From NCBI GenBank assembly GCA_046758505.1, contig JBHIAH010000018.1, positions 1 through 38,843 on the forward strand: DNA of 38,843 nucleotides. Direction: 5' to 3'. Origin of the DNA: Candidatus Methylomirabilales bacterium. Lineage in GTDB: Bacteria; Methylomirabilota; Methylomirabilia; Methylomirabilales; CSP1-5. Shown one piece after another: positions 26,682 through 35,946 of the stretch. A program made the position numbers and the translations under genes. The notes under the pieces are model-generated. The model had not been told where the DNA came from. It saw nothing but the letters and a program-made list of their open reading frames with translations, and did not search any database. Within the stretch, counting starts at the first letter, position 1. Each line of letters begins with the position of its first letter.

Positions 26682-27746
26682 TCACGGAGAGAACCGGTAC
26701 GAAGCGGAGAGGAAGAAGCCGAAGTCGGCCCCGGCATCGGCCAAGGTGATGAGGTTCTCCATGATTCCCCACTGGAGGCCGAAGGCGGGGGTCAAGGCCC
26801 AGCTCAGGCCGAAGGCGGACCAATCGCTCCATTCGTCGAAAAAGTCGAGGCCGGTATTGCGAAACGGGGCGCTATTGGCGCCGATCTGTCCCACGAACGC
26901 GAGCCGGGTGGTGATGCGGTACTCCGCCCCGAGTAGTCCCGAATAGATCGGGCGCACGGTCAGGCGGCTGCCGGCGAACCGGTCCCCAAGGGGAAACGTC
27001 GCGTTAAGATTGCCGTACAGCGTCCAGCGTGTGAGGGTCTTCTCGAACGCGAGGCCGACCCCGATGTCCGGATGGCCGCTCCCCAGCGCGGCGTCGGCAT
27101 CGCCCGTCGGGACCTTGAGCGCCAGCCGCACGGCCACCGCGGGAGTCGAGCCGGTCTCGCGGAACGGGGGCGGGGCCCACTTCACCTGAAGTGCCAGGTC
27201 CCCCACCCCGACGCGGCCCTGGTCGCCCTGCAGGACGGTCTCACCGTTCCGGGAGACACGATAGGTAAACTCATTGCGCGTATTCTCCCGGTCCTCCCGA
27301 TCCCGGATGCTTCGTTCGTACATGATGAGTTCTTCAAACCGGTCGATGAAGCCGTCCATGAAACCCCCGTGCGTGGCGATGATCGGCAGGTCCATCCCCG
27401 CTTCCCAATCCTCCCCGAGTCCGATGCGCGCCTGAAGATTCGCGTGGGTCATCTCCAGGTCGAGACGCCCGCTGAGGCCATCCTGGCCCGTGTCGGCCGT
27501 GAGGGAATTGGTTTCGGCGACGTCCACGCGCAGGCGGATCTGTTTGTGGCCCAGGGGGACCGCCCGCTCCGGCACAAACTGAAAGAAGAGGAGCTGGATG
27601 GGCGATTGGTGGCGAATCGCCAGGGGGCCGTGGATCAGCACCTTTTCCGTTTTCGTCTGTGCCGCCGCCCCGCCCGCGCCGAGAAAGATCCACGCCGCGA
27701 GGCCGGTCCCGACCGCCGCGCGGGCGCATGTCCTTCCCCACGGCAC
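26682..27746 (-). CDS. DUF3187-like outer-membrane beta-barrel protein
   Basis: GPLAIRHQSPIQLLF, GGFMD.FI and LKVPTGD..LGSG motifs; C-terminal ..SYRF; start uncertain. Confidence 0.7.
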   Translation of the reverse strand: MPWGRTCARAAVGTGLAAWIFLGAGGAAAQTKTEKVLIHGPLAIRHQSPIQLLFFQFVPERAVPLGHKQIRLRVDVAETNSLTADTGQDGLSGRLDLEMTHANLQARIGLGEDWEAGMDLPIIATHGGFMDGFIDRFEELIMYERSIRDREDRENTRNEFTYRVSRNGETVLQGDQGRVGVGDLALQVKWAPPPFRETGSTPAVAVRLALKVPTGDADAALGSGHPDIGVGLAFEKTLTRWTLYGNLNATFPLGDRFAGSRLTVRPIYSGLLGAEYRITTRLAFVGQIGANSAPFRNTGLDFFDEWSDWSAFGLSWALTPAFGLQWGIMENLITLADAGADFGFFLSASYRFSP

Positions 27747-28291
27747 GATGACCGCGCCTTTGGTCACCTGCGACCGGCCAGACGCCCGTCCTCGCGAATG
27801 TCCGGTCCGAACACCGGCACTTTCCCCGCCCGACCAGAAAATGTGAGATCCTCCCGACTCCCGCGTGGTATCGGCCAGGCGGGACCGCTCGGTTGACCGG
27901 CTCAAGATGGATGCGGCCTCGCCAGACATTACTACTTGGGAACAACGAAAAGCAACTTCGATGCCAAGCCATCCCGGGACGCGGCGCATCACGCCCCGAA
28001 TATAAAAGCCCTCCCGGACTCAATCGTCCGACAGGGCCCCTGGAACTTTCGTCCACCGTCGATGGTGCCGGAGATGCGCCGGGGACTTCATTCATCCCGG
28101 TTCCATCAATACTTACCCCGAGCCACATTTACGGGCCACGCGCCGTTTTTGATGCACCCCCTGTCGATCCCAATCTGCGCCCATATTCATGGAGGGTAGA
28201 GAGAAAAGCAATGATGTGTTATAGCAAGACATGAACCCCAAACAGTCATGGGGGGGCGACCCGGCCACGATCTTTTGACACGGGTGAGGAC

Positions 28292-29059
28292 ATGACGATG
28301 GCGATGGAGACGGGTACCCTGCACCTGACGACAGCTGGGTATCGCGGGCAGCCGGTCCGGTACGAGGTCCCATTCATGGCCTTCCCGACGGTGTCCGCCA
28401 GGCTCATCATCCAGGCGCCCGGGACGGGGGAACCGATGGAAGGCGGCGGGAACCGGTTCGTGCGACTCGCCGAATACCTGCAGAGCCGGAGCCTCGCGAC
28501 GTTCGTGACCTTTACCCCGCCCACGCCGGATGGCCAATTCGACCACCCGGACGAGCCGTACTCGTACCGAGGGGCGAGCTGGAACCGGATCTTCGTCGAG
28601 GGGATGGCCTCTCTGGTGGAGCACTGCCTGACCAACGCGGAGGCGCTGTGCGGCGTGAAGGAGCCCGAGGTGTGCCTGGCCGGCTTCTCCTCCGGGGGAT
28701 CGGTGGTCGTAACCGTGGCCCCCTTCTTTGCGGCGGTGAAGAAGATCCTGCTGGTCTCCACATACGACAGCGTGGGTGTGGGATCCATGGGGTGGTACTA
28801 CCTGAACGGCCTCAGGCGGTACACCGGGGAGGTGTACGTAGCCTATGGGGAGGAGGACGGCCCGGCCGCCATGTTCGCCATGACCCTGCCTGCCCTGGCC
28901 CGGAGCGCCAGCGCGGTCCACGCGCGGGGGGTCCCCCACTGCGGGCACAGCTTTGGCGGAGAGGCGAACGGCAAAATTTTCAGCAAGGCGTACCTGTGGG
29001 CCTTCGCCGGGGACGACAGCTTTCCCTCACCGGATGGTGGCGTCCCCCTGTACGAGTGA
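28292..29059 (+). CDS. Alpha/beta hydrolase-fold protein
   Basis: GFSSGG nucleophile elbow; YGEED and GHSF as candidate Asp/His. Confidence 0.75.
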   Translation: MTMAMETGTLHLTTAGYRGQPVRYEVPFMAFPTVSARLIIQAPGTGEPMEGGGNRFVRLAEYLQSRSLATFVTFTPPTPDGQFDHPDEPYSYRGASWNRIFVEGMASLVEHCLTNAEALCGVKEPEVCLAGFSSGGSVVVTVAPFFAAVKKILLVSTYDSVGVGSMGWYYLNGLRRYTGEVYVAYGEEDGPAAMFAMTLPALARSASAVHARGVPHCGHSFGGEANGKIFSKAYLWAFAGDDSFPSPDGGVPLYE

Positions 29060-29104
29060 GTTGAGCGTTGAGGGTTGAGGGTGAGGAACGAAGCGGAAAT
29101 GGGG

Positions 29105-29833
29105 TCAGACGCCATTGTCAGTACTAGTGCGTTCCCAGAGGCGCCAGGCTACCCAAAGATTGGTCAGCACGAATAGCGGAACGCCAATCATTGGCGCAAT
29201 CGACATCGGATAGGTAAAAACCACTCGGGCGTCGGGTAAACTCGTGAATACTTGGACTGGACCTGGTAAACCGAGCTGCAACAGGATGGGTGCAGAAGGT
29301 ACGATAATTAATGCTCCGATCAGATTCCAAAGCATGAAACTTTTTGTACTGATCGCGCCACGCCTCGTTTTGCTGGCGATCCAAAATGCAGAGACTCCAA
29401 ACAGAAAGTCGGGAACGCCAACAAGAAGTTCGAAATAAACCGGGAACTCGCCGATGATTGTCTTGTAGGTAGTGCCAAGAGCCAAAATGCGCAGTCCGTG
29501 GAAATAACCAAACCAGTGCCATGGCGTCGTATCGACAATGTATCGCATGCCGTTGCGCACTTCAGCAAATAAGACAATCGGCAGCACACAGACTGCCACT
29601 GTAATCAGTTGAAGCCAAAACCCCGGTAGGAATTTGAGTAATTCTTCGGAAACGTAAACGCCGCGTGCCCCAAGAATGCCTGTGACGACGGCGTAGGCCG
29701 TGACCCATAGCACATAGATATAGACCGGCCCCATATTTCTTTCTGACGGAGCAGCGTGGGCGGAACGCCGCGCCAATACGAACACAAAGCCCAATTGGAC
29801 AGCCAGTAAGAATGGTGTCAACGATAGTTGCAC
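29105..29833 (-). CDS. Hypothetical polytopic membrane protein (low GC)
   Basis: 242-aa hydrophobic ORF; WNLIG and YPMSIAP; GC visibly lower than flanks. Confidence 0.75.
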   Translation of the reverse strand: MQLSLTPFLLAVQLGFVFVLARRSAHAAPSERNMGPVYIYVLWVTAYAVVTGILGARGVYVSEELLKFLPGFWLQLITVAVCVLPIVLFAEVRNGMRYIVDTTPWHWFGYFHGLRILALGTTYKTIIGEFPVYFELLVGVPDFLFGVSAFWIASKTRRGAISTKSFMLWNLIGALIIVPSAPILLQLGLPGPVQVFTSLPDARVVFTYPMSIAPMIGVPLFVLTNLWVAWRLWERTSTDNGV

Positions 29834-29949
29834 GCTGCACCTGCCTTCTAGGGTTGTTGCCCTTTGCGCCTAACTTTGGATTATCTTGTTCAGCATAAGA
29901 CCCGAAGCCTTCCGCGGGCTCATCCCACCCTAAGTCCCCTCTTTCCTGT

Positions 29950-30056
29950 AAAGCAAAATGCCTTCGCGGGCCATACTTCGGCTGCGAAGGCGTCGGAATT
30001 GTCTGACCCGCCGTCAATGGTGCCCACGGTGTGTCGGGGGCGATGCTCACGCCCAT
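29950..30056 (-). ncRNA. Repeated leader module, partial copy D (3' half only)
   Basis: GGGCGTGAGCATCGCCC, GGCG-N16-CGCC, and the GCCTTCGC/GCGAAGGC hairpin with T-tract; begins right after the methyltransferase stop. Confidence 0.6.
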
Positions 30057-30058
30057 CC

Positions 30059-30922
30059 CTAATTTCCCCAATTTCCTTCCTTTTCCTTCTCACTGAACCG
30101 TGTGGGACGCACGGCTAAGTACGCGTAGTAGTTACACGCCGCGAAAAATGTCCCTTCCTTGATTGCTCGGTGCTGGTCTGTGAGCCACCTCTCTACCTGC
30201 TCCTCCGGCAACAGGCCGATACGGGACACCAATGGCGCATAGGTTTCGGCAAAGCTCTTGAAATAACTTCCAGTGCCGATCTCCGCATGGGCATGGGGAA
30301 GAGTGCCGGCGAGCTCGAGCCCCACCTCTCGAAGGAGGCGGGGGAGATTCGACATCACACGGGGATTCGTAAACACGGCGGTTTTCAGAGCTTCGTCCAT
30401 GGCTTTGCCAAGCTCGGGGTCAGCGCACGCGAAGGTCAATGACCCGTAGTCACCGTCAAAAATGATGACTATCCCTCCTCTACGGACAACCCGGGCGGAC
30501 TCCCTTAACACAGCGAGGGGGTCCGTGACATGACTGATCAACGTGTGGGCGATCACGATATCAAAGCTTTCAGCCGCGTACTCCAGGGCATGTGCGTCCC
30601 CGACCTGGAACTCCATCCGATCACCGAGGCCTTCCTCTGCCGCAAGCCGGCGTGCTGTCTCAATGAGCAAAGGATTCTGATCGACACCCGTCGATCGCCC
30701 CGCAAAACCCGCACGGCGGGCCACCGCTCGCGCCACAACGCCTGTACCACAGCCAAGATCGAGCACGTGCACCGCGGGCGTGAGTGGTAGCTTATCCAAG
30801 TAGGCATCTCGCAGCTGCGCAAACGCAGGATCCTTCCCCCGCGTCTCCATGCGCGTGATCAAATTCTGGATTGTGGTCTCATCAGCCTCATTGATAAAGC
30901 GATGGACGTCTCGTATGGCCAT
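30059..30922 (-). CDS. Class I SAM-dependent methyltransferase (UbiE-like)
   Basis: VLDLGCGTG, GDAHAL..ESFDIV and RVVRRGG motifs. Confidence 0.9.
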   Translation of the reverse strand: MAIRDVHRFINEADETTIQNLITRMETRGKDPAFAQLRDAYLDKLPLTPAVHVLDLGCGTGVVARAVARRAGFAGRSTGVDQNPLLIETARRLAAEEGLGDRMEFQVGDAHALEYAAESFDIVIAHTLISHVTDPLAVLRESARVVRRGGIVIIFDGDYGSLTFACADPELGKAMDEALKTAVFTNPRVMSNLPRLLREVGLELAGTLPHAHAEIGTGSYFKSFAETYAPLVSRIGLLPEEQVERWLTDQHRAIKEGTFFAACNYYAYLAVRPTRFSEKEKEGNWGN

Positions 30923-30935
30923 GCCCTATCCCCCA

Positions 30936-31172
30936 CAAAAAGAAAACGCCTTCGCGGGCCGAGCGGCCCCCGCGAAGGCGTCGGAGTCATCTGAACCGCC
31001 AGTGTGTCCGCCGGAGGTGGGCCACGGAGGTATACTCACCCCGGTTCCATCTAACCATTACCTCAGGGAGCTTGCCGCTCCCCTAATCTATCGATCGCGC
31101 ACGCGACACCCTGAAGGCTCGCCCAAGGGTGCTCTTTTCTACCCCGACCGGTCTCCCCCCTGTCAAGCCCAA
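30936..31172 (-). ncRNA. Repeated leader module copy E
   Basis: TTGACA-N19-TAGAAA; GAGGT-N9-ATG GAA CCG GGG TGA (31036-31050); 13-bp terminator stem followed by TTTCTTTTT. Confidence 0.8.
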
Positions 31173-31184
31173 GCTGCGGCCATC

Positions 31185-32519
31185 TTAAGCTTGGCCTCCG
31201 GGGGAGACCTTAGGTCTACTAGCCAGCCGCTGGAATAAGCGGACGCGTTCCCCTGCACCAAGATCATCGCGCCAACGCAAGAGCTCAATCTTCGGCCCGG
31301 CGCGGTCAATTAGGACATAAACGAACTCGCTCTCTTCCTTAAGAAGCCTTTCCTCGACATTCTCCGCAAAGACCTTAGTCCACGTCCCCGAATTGACGTA
31401 CTCGGCCCCCGGTGGGCCATTGGACAAGGGTTGGAGATCGGCCTCGTGAGTATGGCCGAAGACCACGTATCGGACATCAAGTAGCGCGCTGATACGATTG
31501 GCAAAGGAGGTCAAGGGATCATCGCCTCCTGCTGCACCAAGGAAGGCAAGAAACAGACGCCACTTGGGGGCGTGATGGATCGCGGATTGCACCCAGAGAG
31601 CCTGGAGCTCGCTGAGTCTATCTACAGGTAATCCCGTTTGACCAGAGAGGGCACGCAGCCGCTCAGCCTGTTCTTGTTCCAACTGTTCTCGCCACTCGGG
31701 TTTGATGGGACCAGCTTTCTTTAGTGTCTCATTGAAAAACCGGAGATATTTTGGGATATTCCGCCATCCTTCAATTCGCTTCAGGGCCCAGCAGATGAAT
31801 GCCGTCGATGGCTTCATATTGTCAGCGAACGGAAAGGATAATTCCACCTTGTTAAAGAGATAACGCACGAAGAAGGAGCCAGCTGGCAGGTCAATTCTTC
31901 CGTCCGAAAGATAAGGATGTAGGAAGTGATCAAATGAGTTCAAGCGGTCGTACTGGTGGCCATGATCGACATAAATGAGGTTCGGTTCCAGGTAGAACCA
32001 TGGTAAGAACCGGATTCGCTCGGCAACCCCTTTCTCCGCCCCAGCTGGCGCACGGGTAGCCATCTCAGATACGAAGGTCGCCTGAACCTCGGGGATGACC
32101 CACTCGATGTCGTGATTGCCTGGTAAGATCACGAGATCGTGGCCTCCACTCAGAAAACGGGCGAGGGCGTCAAAAAAAACCCGGTGACCGCTCATAATCC
32201 GCTTCAGTTTCCAGCAGGTGTGGGCAGAACTCGTCCCCAGGCCAAATTGACGATGCCGCGGCTCGATCGGCTCGCCGTCCAGGCGGTCGCCGGAGGGGAC
32301 AGTCGTGACCTGAAGGAAATCAACGAGATCTCCCGGAATGAGCAGCCGCAGCCGGTACCCTCCCTGGGCTGCGATCTCCACCTGCTTCGAGAGGAAGCGG
32401 AAAAACGCGGTGTCAAAGAAGAAATCCTCATTGCGCGACAAGTGTTTCGTCTCCTCATCCCATCCCTCGCTGAGATGAAAGTCGCTCACAATGATAAGAA
32501 AGCGGTGGTCATCCATCAT
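31185..32519 (-). CDS. Calcineurin-like metallophosphoesterase
   Basis: SDFH, GDLVD, GNHD, HGHQYD, FGHTH and YVNSGTW motifs. Confidence 0.88.
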   Translation of the reverse strand: MMDDHRFLIIVSDFHLSEGWDEETKHLSRNEDFFFDTAFFRFLSKQVEIAAQGGYRLRLLIPGDLVDFLQVTTVPSGDRLDGEPIEPRHRQFGLGTSSAHTCWKLKRIMSGHRVFFDALARFLSGGHDLVILPGNHDIEWVIPEVQATFVSEMATRAPAGAEKGVAERIRFLPWFYLEPNLIYVDHGHQYDRLNSFDHFLHPYLSDGRIDLPAGSFFVRYLFNKVELSFPFADNMKPSTAFICWALKRIEGWRNIPKYLRFFNETLKKAGPIKPEWREQLEQEQAERLRALSGQTGLPVDRLSELQALWVQSAIHHAPKWRLFLAFLGAAGGDDPLTSFANRISALLDVRYVVFGHTHEADLQPLSNGPPGAEYVNSGTWTKVFAENVEERLLKEESEFVYVLIDRAGPKIELLRWRDDLGAGERVRLFQRLASRPKVSPGGQA

Positions 32520-32535
32520 AGATTGCCTTTCCGCT

Positions 32536-32772
32536 CAAAAAGAAAACGCCTTCGCGGGCCGAGCGGCCCCCGCGAAGGCGTCGGAGTCATCTGAACCGCC
32601 AGTGTGTCCGCCGGAGGTGGGCCACGGAGGTATACTCACCCCGGTTCCATCTAACCATTACCTCAGGGAGCTTGCCGCTCCCCTAATCTATCGATCGCGC
32701 ACGCGACACCCTGAAGGCTCGCCCAAGGGTGCTCTTTTCTACCCCGACCGGTCTCCCCCCTGCCAAGCCCAA
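32536..32772 (-). ncRNA. Repeated leader module copy F
   Basis: 236/237 identical to 30936-31172; the only difference turns TTGACA into TTGGCA. Confidence 0.8.
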
Positions 32773-32853
32773 TCTACGGTTCTCGCAAGGGAGCAATCCG
32801 AGACGCCGCTTTACGGAATGCCAACACTCAAGACCCGATCCTCTCTCCGCTCA

Positions 32854-33594
32854 CTACCCGACCAGGCTGCGTAGCACGAGGCTGACTCCCGCCACCGAGA
32901 GGATCACGAGTACCGCCCGCCGGAAGGTTGCCTCGGGCAGGCGCATCTGGATGCGGCGACCACACCAATACCCCGCCAGGGCAACCACCACCAACGGGAG
33001 CGACAGCGCCGCGAGCCTGCCCGTCCACAGCGCAAAGTGGTACGTGGCCGCGACCTGCGTCAGCTTGAAGGCGAGGAATACGGCGCCGAGCGACTGGACG
33101 AAGGCGGCCTTGTCCAGCCCCAGTGTGTAAAAGAAGATCGCCACCGGACTGAAGACGTTCGTCACCCCGCCCATCACCCCCGTCGCTGCCCCGGCTGCTG
33201 TTACCCACAGCAGGCGGTTCGATCGGGGCAGCGTGGGCTTCCACGGCGTGAGCTGGGACAGCGCGAACGCCAGGATCATCAGTCCGAGAGCGAGGCGAAG
33301 CGTTGGCCCGGGTAAGGTGGCCAGGAGCTTGGTCCCCACGAGGATCCCGGCCACCCCCGGCAGGATCAGCGGGAGGACCCGGCGGACATCCTCCTGTTCC
33401 CAGGGCCGGCTGAAAGACTGGTAGAGGTCCATGCAGATGTTGGGGATGAGCGTGAGGACGACGGCCGTCGGGACATCGACCAGCAGGGCGATGAGCGGGG
33501 TGGCAACGAGCGGAAAGCCCATCCCGAAGGTCCCCTTATTGAGTCCGGCAATGAAGATCGCCCCCGCGCATCCCCAGAAAAAAGGGTCCCCCAT
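32854..33594 (-). CDS. Sulfite exporter TauE/SafE (TSUP) family protein
   Basis: AG..KG..GMGFPL..TP, about 8 TMs, G..GG repeat in the second half. Confidence 0.85.
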   Translation of the reverse strand: MGDPFFWGCAGAIFIAGLNKGTFGMGFPLVATPLIALLVDVPTAVVLTLIPNICMDLYQSFSRPWEQEDVRRVLPLILPGVAGILVGTKLLATLPGPTLRLALGLMILAFALSQLTPWKPTLPRSNRLLWVTAAGAATGVMGGVTNVFSPVAIFFYTLGLDKAAFVQSLGAVFLAFKLTQVAATYHFALWTGRLAALSLPLVVVALAGYWCGRRIQMRLPEATFRRAVLVILSVAGVSLVLRSLVG

Positions 33595-34033
33595 CCCCCC
33601 GATCTCCTCCCTCCGATCGTCGTCACCCGTCCGGGCGGCATTGATCCCCCCCCTCGGGACGGCTCAGTATCCCCAGGGCGGCCAGGGGTGTCAAGCAGGG
33701 GGACCGCCCCGTCTTCTCACTCACGGGCTGTGTGTCCGGGGAGGGGTCCTTGTTCAATGCAACAGGGAGGAGTGCGGCGCGATCCTGATCGCAGAGAGAA
33801 TCCGCACACGATCCCGTACAGAGAGCGGCTCATGCCGTCATGCCGTGAGAAATCCCGGCTGAGAGTTGAGAGTCAAGTGCCTAGACCCAAATGCCACAGG
33901 GCAGGCGTTCCGTATTCCCTCTATGCCTCGATAGCTCTCTCCCCTCTCAGGCCCAAAGCCCGGTTGCGTTCAGCAAACGCAACGGGCGGGGACGCCCGAT
34001 GGGCGACTGCAAGCCATGATCCGCGCTTCTCCC

Positions 34034-34531
34034 TCACGGACCGATGCGCTTTCGTCCCGCGGCACGGCGCGCATCGGCGACCTGTCCCCGGTGCATCATC
34101 CAGTGGAGCGCCGTCATCAGGAAACACTGGCGGACCGTCCCGAAGTTCGCCTGCCGCTGTGCGGGAGCCTTGCTCGTCTTGTCGAGGTCGGCCTCGCTGA
34201 ACGAATCGAGGAGCTTCAGCGTTCCCTCCCGCACTGCGTGGCTTTTCGCCATCACCTCATCGAAGGGGGGATATGTGGCGGGGTCGGCAACCGGTTCCGT
34301 CCCGGCGCCGAAGATCGCGTTCCACTCGGCGAGCGGATTCGGTTCCCCCACGATCCATTCGCGGACGAACCTGGCTTCGGAAAGCGTTGCGTTTCCCAGC
34401 ACCCACAGCGGGTGGCATCCGCCGTTTGGCGTCGGAAAGGTCACGGGCGCATCCTTCATATCCTCAATGAGCGGAAGTACGATGCCCCTGGTCATTTCCA
34501 GGGTCATTCTGAGCAGCTCTTTGGATTGCAT
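34034..34531 (-). CDS. DinB-family protein
   Basis: HPLWVLG, YPPFDE and HWMMHRGQ motifs; AGGAG before the ATG at 34531. Confidence 0.8.
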   Translation of the reverse strand: MQSKELLRMTLEMTRGIVLPLIEDMKDAPVTFPTPNGGCHPLWVLGNATLSEARFVREWIVGEPNPLAEWNAIFGAGTEPVADPATYPPFDEVMAKSHAVREGTLKLLDSFSEADLDKTSKAPAQRQANFGTVRQCFLMTALHWMMHRGQVADARRAAGRKRIGP

Positions 34532-34747
34532 CGGTAGACTCCTTTCAATTCGGGCCCTCCTCGTCTCGATGCGCGGCACACCCCCCGATCAACGACTCTA
34601 TTGTAAAGGCAGCACCCCGCCCGCGTCTACCCTGTATGACAAACCAGAATGCCCTCCCGGGCCATCCTATGCCCGAGAGGGCCTCTGGGACGATGGTGCC
34701 GCAGGTGGGCCAGGAGACTTTACTCACCGCGGCTCTATCCTTCGGGT

Positions 34748-34774
34748 AATGTCAAGATTCAAGACCTGACCCTC
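34748..34774 (+). repeat. 27-bp direct repeat, copy 1 (REP / Y1-transposase-end-like)
   Basis: AATGTCAAGATTCAAGACCTGACCCTC, identical at 38752-38778. Confidence 0.75.
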
Positions 34775-34838
34775 AGCCTGACCCTGACCCTCAGCCTGAC
34801 CCTCAGCCTCTCAGCCTCTGCTCAGCCTCTCAGCCTGC
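34772..34838 (+). repeat. Short tandem repeat (CTCAGC / CTGACC / CTCAGCCT units)
   Basis: Visible low-complexity run abutting the putA fragment. Confidence 0.7.
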
Positions 34839-34840
34839 TC

Positions 34841-35092
34841 GGAGGCCTCTACTCCCGAAGCCCCGCCCACATCCAGCGGGCCAAGGAAGCCTTTCGGGTG
34901 GGGAACCTCTACATCAACCGAAAGATCACCGCAGCCCTGGTCGGTCGCCAGCCCTTTGGGGGTTTTAGGATGTCGGGGATCGGCTCGAAGGTTGGCGGTC
35001 CCGACTATCTCCTTCAGTTCATGGAGCCCCGGACTATCACGGAAAATAACCTTCGCCGGGGCTTCGCGCCTCCACGGTCAGATGTCTCATGA
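34841..35092 (+). pseudogene. putA: C-terminal fragment of PutA/PruA (P5C dehydrogenase)
   Basis: GGLYSRSP..FRVGNLYINRKIT.A.V.RQPFGGF.MSG.GSK.GGPDYLLQF..RRGFAP; no start codon or N-terminal domains. Confidence 0.85.
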
Positions 35093-35100
35093 TCCCAAAT

Positions 35101-35946
35101 CTACTGACTCATCCGGAGGACGAGGCACTTCGCCGCCCCTCCCGCCTTGAGGAACTCGGAAAGGTGGCGCTCGTAGAGCTCAAACCCCCGCCGCGCAAGC
35201 TCTTTGCGCAGTGGCTTTGACACTCCGCCGTGTAGGATCACCGCGCGATCGATCACAATGGCGTTGCAGCAAAACCTGAGCGCATCGGCCGTGGAAACGG
35301 GCACCGGATCCTGGACATGCGTCTTGATAACCTTCCAGCCGTAGCGGTCAAACGCCCCGGGATACCAGAGGGCCGACGTGGCATCAAGCGGACAGAAGCA
35401 GGTATCGAGATGATAAAAGCGCTTGTCGACCAGCTCGAGCGGCAGGACCCGACGATCCAGGGTCTTTGCGAGGTGCTCATGGGCTCCGGCGTCAGAGCGG
35501 AACCGAAAGCCAAGGAACAACGTTTCGCCCACCCATAACGCATCGCCTTCGCCTTCGAAGTTGAACTGTCGGGGCATCGTTACTACCCGATAGCCCTGTC
35601 GCCGGAAGTACCGCTCGAAGATCGCCTCTTCTCCGCGGCGCTCGGGATGCCGGAAGTTCGTGCGAATAAATGTGCCTCCCGCCAGGAGGCCTGCATTCGC
35701 CGTAAAGACCAGATCTGGTAAGCCCTTGACCGGCCGGACGAGCCGGACTGGCAGCCGGAGCGTCCGGGTCAACAGGTCATACAGGGCTTGCCACTGTCGC
35801 GCGGCCACTGGCTGAGACACCTGTCTGGTGATGCTCATCCAGGGGTTGATTTCGTACGCGATGGTGTAGTAACTGGGGCGGGACATCAGAAACGCCAGTG
35901 ATGAAAGGGACTTGGCACCTCTAGCGTCGGGCCAGTTTGAGGTCAT
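35101..35946 (-). CDS. Amidinotransferase-superfamily enzyme, arginine dihydrolase-like (ArgZ/AgrE N-domain)
   Basis: YEINPWM, PDLVFTANAG, FEGEGD, FYHLDTCF and EFLKAGGAAKC motifs; start uncertain. Confidence 0.85.
   Translation of the reverse strand: MTSNWPDARGAKSLSSLAFLMSRPSYYTIAYEINPWMSITRQVSQPVAARQWQALYDLLTRTLRLPVRLVRPVKGLPDLVFTANAGLLAGGTFIRTNFRHPERRGEEAIFERYFRRQGYRVVTMPRQFNFEGEGDALWVGETLFLGFRFRSDAGAHEHLAKTLDRRVLPLELVDKRFYHLDTCFCPLDATSALWYPGAFDRYGWKVIKTHVQDPVPVSTADALRFCCNAIVIDRAVILHGGVSKPLRKELARRGFELYERHLSEFLKAGGAAKCLVLRMSQ

Noticed and set aside
25136..29898. dif-like half sites (ATTTGACATTA at ~25136, GTTCAGCATAA at ~29888)
   Set aside because: No partner arm at 6-bp spacing.
31036..31050. 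Sec read-through of the micro-ORF TGA into a longer protein
   Set aside because: Three copies have TAG two codons later, and read-through in copy E is out of frame with the downstream gene.
30936..32772. CRISPR array or composite transposon
   Set aside because: Repeats are ~240 bp with gene-sized intervals; no cas genes, transposase, terminal inverted repeats or target-site duplications seen.
30849..32874. Plus-strand ORFs 30849-31238 and 32491-32874 with an identical core peptide
   Set aside because: Antisense translations of the duplicated non-coding module; the frame is not conserved in other copies.
21150..34000. Integron cassette array (co-oriented unrelated genes; GTTAGGC on the minus strand at ~29868)
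   Set aside because: No intI and no paired RYYYAAC..GTTRRRY attC sites found; a single 7-mer is chance-level.
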